Positions 1 through 8,849 of a DNA stretch of 64,000 bases are shown here, one piece after another; within the stretch, counting starts at the first letter, position 1, and the number at the start of each line of letters is the position of its first letter. Where the stretch lies: NCBI GenBank assembly GCA_964506245.1, contig CAZDKK010000001.1, positions 289-64,288 of the forward strand, read 5' to 3'. Source of the stretch: an uncultured bacterium. Its GTDB lineage: Bacteria > Eisenbacteria > RBG-16-71-46 > CAIMUX01 > WJJG01. The notes beneath the pieces were generated by a model. That model was given only the letters and a program-made list of their open reading frames with translations. It ran no database searches and had not been told where the DNA came from. The translations under genes were made by a program, and so were the position numbers.

Positions 1-1
1 G

Positions 2-331
2 ATCCTGCTGATGGCGTGGGCCCGGCCCGTCTGGCTCATCCTGCTGCTGGCGGTGCCGCTCGGCCTCGGGCTCGGCGTCTGCTACCACGCCAGCATCGTC
101 TACAGCCTCATCGACCGGAGCGGGCGCGGGCGGCGAGCGGGTTTCCACGAGGCGATCCTGGGGGCCGGCAACTTCCTGCTCCCGCTGCTCGGCGGCCTGG
201 GAGCCGCGGCAGCATCCGATCTGCGCATGCCCTACCTGCTCTGCGGAGCCGTCACGTTTCTCGGCATCGGCTTTCAGGAGCTGGTCTGGCGGCGAGCGGA
301 ACGCGGCCCGGCGCGGTGCGGTGTCGGTTGA
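2..331 (+). CDS. Partial membrane protein, 3' end of a gene running off the window start
   Basis: The reading frame is open from nt 2 and stops at 331. The product is hydrophobic with predicted TM segments (LILLLAVPLGLGLGV, LLPLLGGLGAAAA). No family assignment is possible. Confidence 0.3.
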   Translation: MLLMAWARPVWLILLLAVPLGLGLGVCYHASIVYSLIDRSGRGRRAGFHEAILGAGNFLLPLLGGLGAAAASDLRMPYLLCGAVTFLGIGFQELVWRRAERGPARCGVG

Positions 332-375
332 CAAGCGGCGCCTCTGGTGTTACTTGTGCAGCGAGAGGTAGCACT

Positions 376-801
376 ATGGCACAGCAGACCCGCCGATTCA
401 GCATTTCGATGGCCGCCGACCTGGTGACCCAGCTCGACGAGCTGGTGCGCGCCAAGGGGTACGCCAACCGTTCGCAGGCCATCGCGGAGATGGTCCGGGA
501 CAAACTGGTCGAGCACCGGGGTGAGCGGGGCAAGCACGAGATCGCCGGCACGATCACGCTGGTGTACGACCACCACCGGCGCAGCATCCAGGCCCTGCTC
601 ACATCGATCCAACACGACCATGCGGAACGGATCATCGCCTCGCTGCACGCGCATCTGGACCATCACAATTGCATGGAGGTCCTGGCCGTGCGGGGTCGCG
701 CCGGTCAGATCAGGCATCTGGCGGATCGATTGACCACCGCCAAGGGCGTCAAGCACGGCAAGCTGACCATGACCACGACCGGGACCGAGTTCGCGCGTTG
801 A
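376..801 (+). CDS. nikR: Nickel-responsive transcriptional regulator NikR (ribbon-helix-helix plus nickel-binding C-terminal domain)
   Basis: ATG at 376 lies in-frame inside ORF 16..801. The N-terminus MAQQTRRFSISMAADLVTQLDELVRAKGYANRSQAIAEMVR is a typical RHH. The C-terminus carries His/Cys ligands (HDHAERI, HAHLDHHNCMEV). It sits immediately upstream of a cbiMNQO-type transporter. Confidence 0.85.
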   Translation: MAQQTRRFSISMAADLVTQLDELVRAKGYANRSQAIAEMVRDKLVEHRGERGKHEIAGTITLVYDHHRRSIQALLTSIQHDHAERIIASLHAHLDHHNCMEVLAVRGRAGQIRHLADRLTTAKGVKHGKLTMTTTGTEFAR

Positions 802-849
802 CCATGGTTTCCGGCGGAAGGCGACGCGGGACGGATTGAGGAAGCCCCC

Positions 850-1485
850 ATGCACATTCCCGATGGGTTTCTCGACACCCGCGTCTGGGTGCCGCTGAGC
901 GCAGTCTCGGCCGCCGGGTTGACGATGGCGGCGCGCAAGACACGGAACGTTCTGGGTGAGAGACAGGTGCCGCTGATGGGGGTCATGGCGGCATTCATCT
1001 TCGCGGCCCAGATGATCAACTTCCCGGTCGCGGGAGGAACCTCCGGCCACTTCATGGGGAGCGTGCTCGCAGCGGTGTTCCTGGGGCCGCTCTCCGGCGC
1101 CCTGGTGATGGCGGTCGTGCTCATCATCCAGTGTCTGGTCTTCCAGGACGGAGGCATCACGGCCCTGGGCGCCAACATCTTCAACATGGGCCTGGTCGGC
1201 GGCATCGGCGGGTACCTGGTCTTCCGCGGTCTGGTCGGGCTGAACCGGAGCCCCGGATTCCGATCGGTGGCGATCTTCGTCGCGGCCTGGATCTCGATCC
1301 TCCTGGCCGCGCTGGCCTGTGCGCTCGAACTGGCGTTCTCGAGGACGGTTCCCCTGGCGCTGGCGGTGCCGGCCATGGCGGGCGTGCATGCCCTGATCGG
1401 CATCGGCGAAGGGCTCATCACCGTGCTGGTCGTCAGCACCGTGCTGAAGATGCGCCCTGATCTCTGGGAGGCTCAGAAGGCATGA
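850..1485 (+). CDS. cbiM: ECF-type nickel/cobalt transporter substrate-capture component CbiM/NikM
   Basis: N-terminus MHIPDGFLD is the CbiM signature. It is a multi-TM protein and overlaps the next gene by 4 nt (ATGA). Confidence 0.9.
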   Translation: MHIPDGFLDTRVWVPLSAVSAAGLTMAARKTRNVLGERQVPLMGVMAAFIFAAQMINFPVAGGTSGHFMGSVLAAVFLGPLSGALVMAVVLIIQCLVFQDGGITALGANIFNMGLVGGIGGYLVFRGLVGLNRSPGFRSVAIFVAAWISILLAALACALELAFSRTVPLALAVPAMAGVHALIGIGEGLITVLVVSTVLKMRPDLWEAQKA

Positions 1486-1799
1486 GCGCCCTGATGACGC
1501 GCCGGTTCACTCTGCTCGGCCTGCTCGTGGCCATCGCCGTGGCCGTGCTTCTATCCCCGCTCGCCTCCCGGTCCCCGGACGGGCTCGAGCGGGTGGCGGA
1601 AGACAAGGGGTTCCGGGAAAGGGGGGAAGCGGCAGCAGTGCTGCGGGCCCCGGCTCCGGATTACACGATCCCCGGCGTCGAGAGCGATCGGCTCTCGACC
1701 CCCCTGGCGGGGGCGCTGGGGACGCTGGGCGCATTCGGGTGCGCCCTGGTCCTGGCGCAGGTGCTCAGCCTGCGCCGGAAACGTCGGGCGGACAGCTAG
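1482..1799 (+). CDS. PDGLE-domain small membrane protein (CbiN/NikN-like accessory component)
   Basis: N-terminal TM, a PDGLE motif (SPDGLERVAEDKGF) and a C-terminal TM. It sits between cbiM and cbiQ. Confidence 0.7.
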   Translation: MSALMTRRFTLLGLLVAIAVAVLLSPLASRSPDGLERVAEDKGFRERGEAAAVLRAPAPDYTIPGVESDRLSTPLAGALGTLGAFGCALVLAQVLSLRRKRRADS

Positions 1800-1805
1800 G
1801 CTGGC

Positions 1806-2576
1806 ATGCATCACGACTTCGTCGATCGGTACAGTGACCTCGCGAGCCCGATTCATCGGCTCGACCCGCGAATCAAGATCCTCTGCCTGCTGCTCTTCGC
1901 GGTGGTGGTCGTGACGACTCCGTCCGACCGCTACGCTTGCTTCGGCGCCTATGCGCTCCTGATGGCTGTCCTCGTGGCGGTGAGCCGCGTGCCGATCACC
2001 TACATGCTCAAGCGGGTCAGTCTCGTTCTGCCCTTCGTCGCGCTGACCGCCGTCTTCCTGCCATTCCGGCACTTCCCGGGCGCCGGCGAGTCGAGCGGCG
2101 GCCTCCTGGGCTTGCGCGTCTCTGGTCAAGGGGCTCAGCTCCTGGCGGGCGTGACGACCAAGGCCTTGCTGGCGGCGACCGCGCTGATCCTGCTCTCCTC
2201 GTCCACCCGGTTCGTCGCGCTGTTGCAGGGGCTCGGGGCCTTGAGGTTTCCCGGGGTCATGCTGATGATTCTGTCCTTCATGATTCGCTATCTCTTCGTG
2301 GCCAGCGATCAGGCGATGCGCATGGAACGGGCACGCAGCTCGCGATTCTGCGGCGGCGGGCGGCTGGCGACGCTGCGGGTGCGCAGCAGCATGATCGGGG
2401 TCCTGTTTGTCAGGTCTTACGAGCGGGCCGAGAGGGTATACCGCAGCATGGTGTGCCGCGGGTTCGACGGCGACCCTCGCGGTGCGACTCGCCTGCAGTT
2501 CGCGCCGTCGGATGGGCTCTTTGCGATTCTGTTTCTGGCCGGCGTGGTGGCCGCGCGCTTGGCGGGGGGTCTATGA
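1806..2576 (+). CDS. cbiQ: ECF transporter transmembrane T component CbiQ/NikQ
   Basis: Five to six TM helices with a conserved C-terminal region (ERVYRSMVCRGFDG...). It overlaps the downstream ATPase gene by 4 nt. Confidence 0.85.
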   Translation: MHHDFVDRYSDLASPIHRLDPRIKILCLLLFAVVVVTTPSDRYACFGAYALLMAVLVAVSRVPITYMLKRVSLVLPFVALTAVFLPFRHFPGAGESSGGLLGLRVSGQGAQLLAGVTTKALLAATALILLSSSTRFVALLQGLGALRFPGVMLMILSFMIRYLFVASDQAMRMERARSSRFCGGGRLATLRVRSSMIGVLFVRSYERAERVYRSMVCRGFDGDPRGATRLQFAPSDGLFAILFLAGVVAARLAGGL

Positions 2577-3451
2577 ATACGGCCGTGACTCTCGGGGATC
2601 TCCGGTACACCTACCCGGACGGCCGCCCGGCACTCAACGGGATCAACCTCGAGATCCAGCCGGGTGAATCGGTGGGGATGATCGGCCCCAATGGCGCCGG
2701 AAAGACAACGCTCCTTCTGCACCTCAACGGAATCCTCGCGGGAACGGGCGAGGTCCGCATTTTCGGCGACGCGGTCACGCGGGATCGGCTGAGACCCGTC
2801 CGGCGCAAGGTGGGCGTCGTCTTCCAGGATCCGGACGACCAGCTGTTCTCGGCGACGGTCCGCGACGATGTCGCCTTCGGCCCGCTCTACATGGATCTGC
2901 CGGCCGAGGAAGTCGAGCGCCGCACACGCGAAGCGCTCGTCCAGGTGGGGATGGAGGAGCTGGCGGCACACTCGCCGCACCACCTCAGCATCGGCGAGAA
3001 GCGGCGGGTGTCGATCGCCACGATCCTGTCGATGAAGCCGGAGATCCTGGTGCTGGACGAGCCGACCAGCAACCTCGACCCACGCCAGCGAAAGAACCTG
3101 ATCGAGCTGCTCGCGCGCATCACGACCACGAAGATCATTGCCAGCCACGATCTCGACCTGGTCGACCAGCTTTGCGAACGCGTGATCTTCCTCCACGCCG
3201 GGACGGTCGTCGCAGACGGGCCCGCAGCGGAGATCCTGCGCGACGCAGAACTGCTGACCGCGAACGGGCTGGAAGTCGTTCCCCTGAGGGGCCACGGTGG
3301 CGCGGGCGCCAACCTGACCCGGTTCGCGCCCGGCTCGTCAGCGACGGCCGGGCGGGCAGGTCACCTGGGATCCGGCGCGGGGCCGCGCGACCACCCCAAC
3401 CTTCAGCCTTCGCCCTACGAGGCCCTTGGTCCACCCCGCACCAAGCGCTAG
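2573..3451 (+). CDS. cbiO: ECF transporter ATPase CbiO/NikO
   Basis: Walker A GPNGAGKTT, Q-loop, signature LSIGEKRRVSIA, Walker B ILVLDEPTSNLD. Start ATG at 2573 derived from the ORF frame. The longer ORF 1937..3451 is an upstream extension in the same frame, not a different-frame artefact. Confidence 0.9.
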   Translation: MNTAVTLGDLRYTYPDGRPALNGINLEIQPGESVGMIGPNGAGKTTLLLHLNGILAGTGEVRIFGDAVTRDRLRPVRRKVGVVFQDPDDQLFSATVRDDVAFGPLYMDLPAEEVERRTREALVQVGMEELAAHSPHHLSIGEKRRVSIATILSMKPEILVLDEPTSNLDPRQRKNLIELLARITTTKIIASHDLDLVDQLCERVIFLHAGTVVADGPAAEILRDAELLTANGLEVVPLRGHGGAGANLTRFAPGSSATAGRAGHLGSGAGPRDHPNLQPSPYEALGPPRTKR

Positions 3452-3533
3452 AATCGCCGCATTCGACGCCGGCCGGTCACCGGCGGCCGGGGCGAGGACG
3501 GTCCCCGTGGGGACCTGCGCAGGGAGGTGCATC

Positions 3534-4568
3534 GTGCGTCGCGCGATCACGGGTTCCAGGGCGTCGTCGCGGCTGGTCGTGGCGATGGGTGGGCTGCTGG
3601 CAATCCTCTGCCTCGCGCTGATCGCCGGCTGCGGGGGCGACGGCGGGCAAGGTGGACAGTCCACCGACCGACATGCGGCGGGGACGCCGGGCGGGCAAGC
3701 CCCCGCGGCCAAGGTAATCATCGGTGTCTCCCTGCTGACGCGGACCCACCCCTTCTACCAGGATCTCGAGGCCGGTCTCCAGGAAGCTGCCGCGCAGCAC
3801 GGCTACGAGCTCGTCGTGCAGGCGGGCGAGTTCGACGTGGCCAAGCAGAAGGATCAGGTCGAGAACTTCATCGTCCGGCACGTTAACGCGATCATCGTCT
3901 GCCCGTGCGACTCGAAGTCGATCGGCACGTCGGTCACGGCCGCGGCCGCGGCGGGCATCCCCGTCTTCACCGCGGACATCGCCGTTCTCGCGCCCGGTGC
4001 GCCGATCGTCTGCCATGTCGCCTCCGACAACGTGGCGGGCGGTCGCCTGGCGGCGCAGGCCGTGCGCGAGGTGCTGGGGGGCCGGGGCAAGGTGGCGATC
4101 ATCGATCACCCCGAGGTCGAGTCGGTCATCCAGCGCGTGCGCGGGTTTGAGGAGGAGATCGCCACGACGCCCGAGATCCAGGTCGTCGCCAAGCTGACCG
4201 GGCGCGGGATGAAGGACATGGCCTTCCGCACGGCGGAGGATATCCTCCAGGGTCACCCGGACCTGGACGCGATCTTCGGCATCAACGACGACAGCGCGCT
4301 CGGGGCGCTGGCGGCGGTCGAGAAAGCGGGGCGCCAGGAGCGCGTCAAGATCGTCGGGTTCGACGCGGTGCCCGAGGCGCGCCAGGCGATCGCTGCGGGG
4401 AAGATCTATGCCGACGTGATCCAGCAGCCCCGGTTGATCGGCACGACGACGATCGGCGCCATCGCCGACTACATGACCGGCAAGCCGGTCCCGCGCGAGA
4501 TCTTGATCCCCTGCGCGCTGTACAAGCAGGCCGACGCGCAGGCCGAGTCGGGCACCCGAGAGCCGTGA
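3534..4568 (+). CDS. Sugar ABC transporter periplasmic substrate-binding lipoprotein (RbsB/LacI-type periplasmic-binding fold)
   Basis: GTG start at 3534 is preceded by an AGGGAGG RBS. Signal peptide with lipobox LIAGC. Periplasmic-binding fold type I motifs (IIGVSLLTRTHPFYQDLEAG..., KIVGFDAVPEA). Confidence 0.8.
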   Translation: MRRAITGSRASSRLVVAMGGLLAILCLALIAGCGGDGGQGGQSTDRHAAGTPGGQAPAAKVIIGVSLLTRTHPFYQDLEAGLQEAAAQHGYELVVQAGEFDVAKQKDQVENFIVRHVNAIIVCPCDSKSIGTSVTAAAAAGIPVFTADIAVLAPGAPIVCHVASDNVAGGRLAAQAVREVLGGRGKVAIIDHPEVESVIQRVRGFEEEIATTPEIQVVAKLTGRGMKDMAFRTAEDILQGHPDLDAIFGINDDSALGALAAVEKAGRQERVKIVGFDAVPEARQAIAAGKIYADVIQQPRLIGTTTIGAIADYMTGKPVPREILIPCALYKQADAQAESGTREP

Positions 4569-4571
4569 GGT

Positions 4572-6107
4572 ATGGACGCGACGAGCGATCCCCCCATCCT
4601 GCTGCGACTGACAGGCATCGAGAAGTCCTTTCCCGGTGTCCAGGCCATCCGCTCGGCCGATCTCGACGTCCGCGCCGGTGAAATCCACGCGCTGGTAGGC
4701 GAGAACGGCGCGGGCAAGAGCACGTTGATCAAGGTCGTCACGGGCGCGCACCAGCCCGACGCCGGCACGATCGAGATGCCCGGGGCAGCCGCGGCGGTTG
4801 CCGCAGCAGCCGCGACCCGCGCTGGCCCGCTGCGGATCACCGATCCGGGCGAGGCGCGCCGTGCGGGCGTGGCGGCGATCTACCAGGAGTTCAACCTCGT
4901 TCCGGCCCTCACGGTGCGGGAGAACATCTTCCTGGGGTGCGAGCTGTCCCGGCGCGGCTTCTGCCGGCGTCGTGAAGAGCGCAAGCGCGCCCACGCCGTG
5001 CTCGGTCGCCTCGACGCCTCGATCGACACCGAGACGCGCGCGGGCGATCTGCACGTCGCCAACCAGCAGCTCGTCGAGATCGCGCGCGCCCTGCAAGCCG
5101 ACGCGCGGTTGCTGATCATGGACGAGCCGACCGCCGCGCTCACCCCGCGAGAGGTCGGGCGGCTCTTCGTCGTGTTGGCCGATCTGCGCGAGCACGGTGC
5201 CGGCATCCTCTTCATCAGCCACCGCCTGGACGAGGTGCTGCGCATCGCCGACCGGATTACGGTCATGCGCGATGGCCGGGCCCTGGGCACCTGGCCGCGG
5301 GCGGATCTCACGCGCGAGCGGCTGATCGAGCTGATGGTCGGCCGGCCGCTCGACAAGGAGTTTCCCCCGCGCGCGGTCACGCCGGGCCAGGACTTGCTGG
5401 TCGTCGAGGATCTGCGGGGCGGGCCGGTCCGCGGCGTCTCCTTCGCCGTGAAGCGCGGCGAGGTGGTCGGCATCGCCGGGCTCGTCGGCGCCGGACGCAC
5501 GGAGCTGGCGCGCCTGATCTTCGGCGCCGACCTGCCGGCGGGCGGTCGCGTCTTCCTGGCGGGATGGCCGATCAAGATTCGTTCGCCCCGCGAAGCGATC
5601 CGCGCCGGAGTCGGCTTGTTGAGCGAGGATCGCAAGGGCCAGGGTCTGGTGCTCAAGCTGAGCGCGCGGGAGAACTTCGCCCTGGGCAACCTCGAGCACT
5701 GGGCGCGCCGCGGCTGGATCGATCAGCACGAGGAGCGCAGCGCGTTCCTGCGCTACGTCACGCGCTTGAACATCCGGGTCTCGAGCCCGCACCAGACGGC
5801 CGAGCACCTCTCGGGCGGCAATCAGCAGAAGCTGCTCGTGGCGCGCTGGCTCGAGAACGACGCCCAGCTCCTCATCTTCGACGAGCCGACGCGCGGCATC
5901 GATGTCGGGGCGAAGTACGAGATGTACATGCTCATGAACAAGCTGGCCGAGCGTGGCAAGGGGATCCTGATGATCTCCTCCGAGCTGCCGGAAATCCTGG
6001 GGATGAGCGACCGCATCCTGGTCATGCACGACGGCCGGATCACGGGCGAGATCCGCGACGTGGCGGCGGCCACGCAGGAGCAGATCCTCGCGCTGGCTGT
6101 GCGATGA
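4572..6107 (+). CDS. Sugar ABC transporter ATP-binding protein with duplicated ATPase domains (RbsA/MglA-like)
   Basis: Two nucleotide-binding domains (GENGAGKST...; second domain GLVGAGRTELAR... LSGGNQQKL). There is an Ala-rich insertion (GAAAAVAAAAATRAGPLRI) in the N-terminal domain. Confidence 0.9.
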   Translation: MDATSDPPILLRLTGIEKSFPGVQAIRSADLDVRAGEIHALVGENGAGKSTLIKVVTGAHQPDAGTIEMPGAAAAVAAAAATRAGPLRITDPGEARRAGVAAIYQEFNLVPALTVRENIFLGCELSRRGFCRRREERKRAHAVLGRLDASIDTETRAGDLHVANQQLVEIARALQADARLLIMDEPTAALTPREVGRLFVVLADLREHGAGILFISHRLDEVLRIADRITVMRDGRALGTWPRADLTRERLIELMVGRPLDKEFPPRAVTPGQDLLVVEDLRGGPVRGVSFAVKRGEVVGIAGLVGAGRTELARLIFGADLPAGGRVFLAGWPIKIRSPREAIRAGVGLLSEDRKGQGLVLKLSARENFALGNLEHWARRGWIDQHEERSAFLRYVTRLNIRVSSPHQTAEHLSGGNQQKLLVARWLENDAQLLIFDEPTRGIDVGAKYEMYMLMNKLAERGKGILMISSELPEILGMSDRILVMHDGRITGEIRDVAAATQEQILALAVR

Positions 6108-7501
6108 AGGGCAGGTCGACGATGCCGGATGAAACGCAGAGCCCGAGTGGACGCGTGAAGCAGGCGCTCGCGCGCTTCGCCTCGCAGTACGGGATGCTCG
6201 GGGTGTTGATCCTCCTGTGCGCGTTCTTCTCCGTGCTCACGCTCGGGATGCAGCACCCCACCGGGACCGCGGGCGCGCAGGCGCTGATGCAGGAGCTGCG
6301 GATGCAGGTCGACCCGCGCGACGCGCTGATCGTTGCCGCGCGGGGAGGCGAACAGGACCTGCGCTTCACCACCACGCTGGCTCTGCTGCTCGAACAGGCG
6401 AAGATGAAGCCGGCGGCGGTGGTGACCGGCGATCCAGCCGCTCTCCGCGCGGCGCTGGAGGCGCTCCCGGACCCGCTGCCTCCCCGGATCGTCGTGGCCA
6501 CCGACGAGGGGTACGCGCCGGTCGTGCGCAGCATGGCCCTGTCGATCCCGCGCCTGGCCACCGCCCGGCTCGACGTGCTGACGCCGCCCTACCACCGCTG
6601 GCCGACGTTCCTGCTGGCCGACAACCTGCTCAACGTGGCCAACCAGATCGCGGTCATCGCCATCCTGGCGGTGGGGATGACGATGGTGATCATCACCGGG
6701 GGGATCGACCTGTCGGTCGGTAGCCTGATCGCGCTGGCGGCCGTGGTGACCGCCGGACTGATCAAGAACATGGGGGGCGAGGGGGCGAGCGCCCTGGCCA
6801 TGATGGTGGCCGGCGCCGGCGCGATCGTCGCGTGCACCCTGATCGGCGCCTTCTCGGGCGCGGTGATCACGCGCTTCAACGTGCCGCCCTTCATCGCCAC
6901 GCTGGGGATGATGCAGGTGGCCAGCGGCGTCGCCTATATCCTGGCCCGGGGGCGGCCCATCTACCAGGTGCCGGAGAGCTTCGTCGCCCTCGGGCGCTCC
7001 TCCGACCCGTTGCTCGGGATCCCCTACGCCGTGCTGCTGATGATCGTGATCTACATCGCGGCCCACCTGCTGATGGCGCGCACCGTGCTGGGTCGCCACA
7101 TCTATGCCGTGGGCGGCAACGCCGAGGCCGCGCGTCTGGCGGGTGTGCGCGTCAAAGCGGTGCAGATGTTCGTCTACTGCACCTGCGGCCTGCTGGCCGG
7201 TCTGGGCGGCGTGATCATGGCCTCGCAGCTCAAGAGCGGCGCGCCGACCTACGGCGCCATGTACGAGCTCTACGTCATCGCTGCGGTCGTCGTGGGGGGC
7301 ACGAGCCTGAGCGGGGGCGAGGGACGCATCCTGGGCACGCTGATCGGGGCGTTCATCATCGCCGTCATCCAGAACGGCATGAACCTGACCAACGTCGAGA
7401 GCTACACACAGAAGGTGGTGCTCGGGTTGGTCATCCTGGGAGCGGTGCTCCTGGACCAGCTCAAGCACCGGGGCTGGTGGCGGCGGCCGCGAGCGCATTG
7501 A
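6104..7501 (+). CDS. Sugar ABC transporter permease (RbsC-like) with an inserted extracytoplasmic domain of about 125 aa after TM1
   Basis: ATG at 6104 overlaps the ATPase stop (ATGA). The conserved permease core (VGMTMVIITGGIDLSVGS...) begins only near residue 170. The loop between TM1 and TM2 is expanded. Confidence 0.85.
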   Translation: MKGRSTMPDETQSPSGRVKQALARFASQYGMLGVLILLCAFFSVLTLGMQHPTGTAGAQALMQELRMQVDPRDALIVAARGGEQDLRFTTTLALLLEQAKMKPAAVVTGDPAALRAALEALPDPLPPRIVVATDEGYAPVVRSMALSIPRLATARLDVLTPPYHRWPTFLLADNLLNVANQIAVIAILAVGMTMVIITGGIDLSVGSLIALAAVVTAGLIKNMGGEGASALAMMVAGAGAIVACTLIGAFSGAVITRFNVPPFIATLGMMQVASGVAYILARGRPIYQVPESFVALGRSSDPLLGIPYAVLLMIVIYIAAHLLMARTVLGRHIYAVGGNAEAARLAGVRVKAVQMFVYCTCGLLAGLGGVIMASQLKSGAPTYGAMYELYVIAAVVVGGTSLSGGEGRILGTLIGAFIIAVIQNGMNLTNVESYTQKVVLGLVILGAVLLDQLKHRGWWRRPRAH

Positions 7502-7774
7502 CCGGGTGCCCCGCGCTCGGTGCGATCCGACTCCGGAGCGCGGACCGGTCCGCGGCGTGCACGAGAGCAGACAGCGGCTCCGGAGGAGTACACGCCGCTG
7601 TCCAGCGGGTCGGGGCCCGCCGCGGTGCATGTGCCGCCCTCCATCCCCTATCTCCATCTGTCGGTGCAAGAACCCGTGTCCCTGCCGCGTCGGCCCGCCC
7701 GGCATGCTTCATGAGGTGAGACAACCAGAGACGTCCGGGGTATATCGAGGTGCTGACAACGCGAGGGGGCGACC

Positions 7775-8725
7775 ATGACGGTTCCAGACACACTGCTAGG
7801 GACCGTGGCGGCCGGGGGTTCAGGGGAACGAGCCGCGCGCACGGACCGCGACGAGCATCCTGGAGGGATCGAAGGCGGATGGAGTCGCCGGCCCGTCCTG
7901 GGCGTCTTGGCCCCCCTTGCGCTCGTGGCGGTACTGGCGATGCTCGGCGGGTGCGCCCATGTGGGGCACGATGCGACCCACGATGCGACGCTGAGCGATG
8001 CCATGCGCGAGGCAAAGAAGCCGAAGCGAGAGCAGCGGGTGCTCCCCGCGGGTCACGACGAGCCGGAAGAGGAACCGGAAGAACAGGTCGACCTGCGTGA
8101 GGGGACCACGTGCGCCGACACCGTCGCAGCGCGAGCCGGCGAAGGGACCGCCTCGCCGTCCGGTCCATCCTCCCGGCCGGGTCGCAAGCACTACGGCGTC
8201 ATCGCGTCGCTCGGCGACCATGCCGGTCACCGGCTCAGCGGGTTCGGAGCCTGTGGGATCCTCATCGGCGAGGATGCGGGGGCGCGGACCCGCGTGGACC
8301 TGTCCGCCGCGTGCGGCCAGGTGGACACGCGGCCCAGCGATCCGCGGGCGGCCGGGATCAAGGGAGTGAGCGAGCTGGGCGGCGAGGTGTCGGTCCGGAG
8401 GTACCTCACCTCCGACCACACGCTCGTGGGGGCCTACGCGATGCTGGGGCTCCGGGGGGGCTGGCTCTTCTTCGACTTCGCCCACCCCCTGAGCGTCGAA
8501 GAAGGCGGGAAGATCGAGACCGTCAAGAGCGACATCATCGGGTTCGGCGAGCTCTTGCTGGGTCTGGGGATCGCGCCGCTCCAGCTCAGGCATCTGCAGA
8601 TAGGCGTGAACGCCTGCTGGGGTTTCCGGCAGTATGCCGGTGACACGTACGAGGGCTTCGCGAACGACGCCTTCCACCCCGCCGGTTCCTGGCGCCTGCA
8701 ATTCGAATTGAGCACCTCCCACTGA
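7775..8725 (+). CDS. Hypothetical lipoprotein
   Basis: An ORF with a hydrophobic segment ending in the lipobox-like LAMLGGC. No recognisable family motifs. Confidence 0.4.
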   Translation: MTVPDTLLGTVAAGGSGERAARTDRDEHPGGIEGGWSRRPVLGVLAPLALVAVLAMLGGCAHVGHDATHDATLSDAMREAKKPKREQRVLPAGHDEPEEEPEEQVDLREGTTCADTVAARAGEGTASPSGPSSRPGRKHYGVIASLGDHAGHRLSGFGACGILIGEDAGARTRVDLSAACGQVDTRPSDPRAAGIKGVSELGGEVSVRRYLTSDHTLVGAYAMLGLRGGWLFFDFAHPLSVEEGGKIETVKSDIIGFGELLLGLGIAPLQLRHLQIGVNACWGFRQYAGDTYEGFANDAFHPAGSWRLQFELSTSH

Positions 8726-8849
8726 CCGCAGGACTGAACGCAGGCCGCCCTTCCCGGCACCATCGCGTCCCATCGCTCGGGCTTCACCCTCGCGGGGTTC
8801 TGGTGCAGAATCAGACCGAATCACGGGTTCCGAGGGAAAGGGGGAGAGC

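Noticed and set aside
332-375. A possible NikR operator (TGTTAC-N14-GTAGCA) upstream of nikR.
   Set aside because: One arm is mismatched and the spacing does not match the characterised GTATGA-N16-TCATAC boxes. It is insufficient to call a feature.
1937-3451. A 504-aa ORF overlapping cbiQ.
   Set aside because: Only the portion from the ATG at 2573 matches the CbiO ATPase family. The upstream 212 codons are an out-of-context Arg/Ala-rich extension overlapping the real cbiQ gene in another frame.
3452-3533. A GC-rich imperfect inverted repeat (gccggccgg...ccggcggccgg) after cbiO as a possible terminator.
   Set aside because: The stem is imperfect, there is no U-tract, and such GC palindromes are frequent by chance in this genome.
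3477-6029. An 850-aa ORF on the minus strand, and similar very long antisense ORFs at 274..1389, 8811..11450, 13189..16116, 16451..19378, 22174..24060, 25884..27707, 51703..53457, 53817..55148, 54397..55830, 57594..59642 and 59921..61732.
   Set aside because: They lie opposite or out of frame to genes with clear family motifs (ABC ATPase, GH38, sigma54 AAA+, qNOR, cytochromes, MCP). Their products are Arg/Gly/Pro/Asp-rich low-complexity sequence typical of stop-codon-poor antisense frames in ~70% GC DNA. None has an RBS or recognisable motifs.
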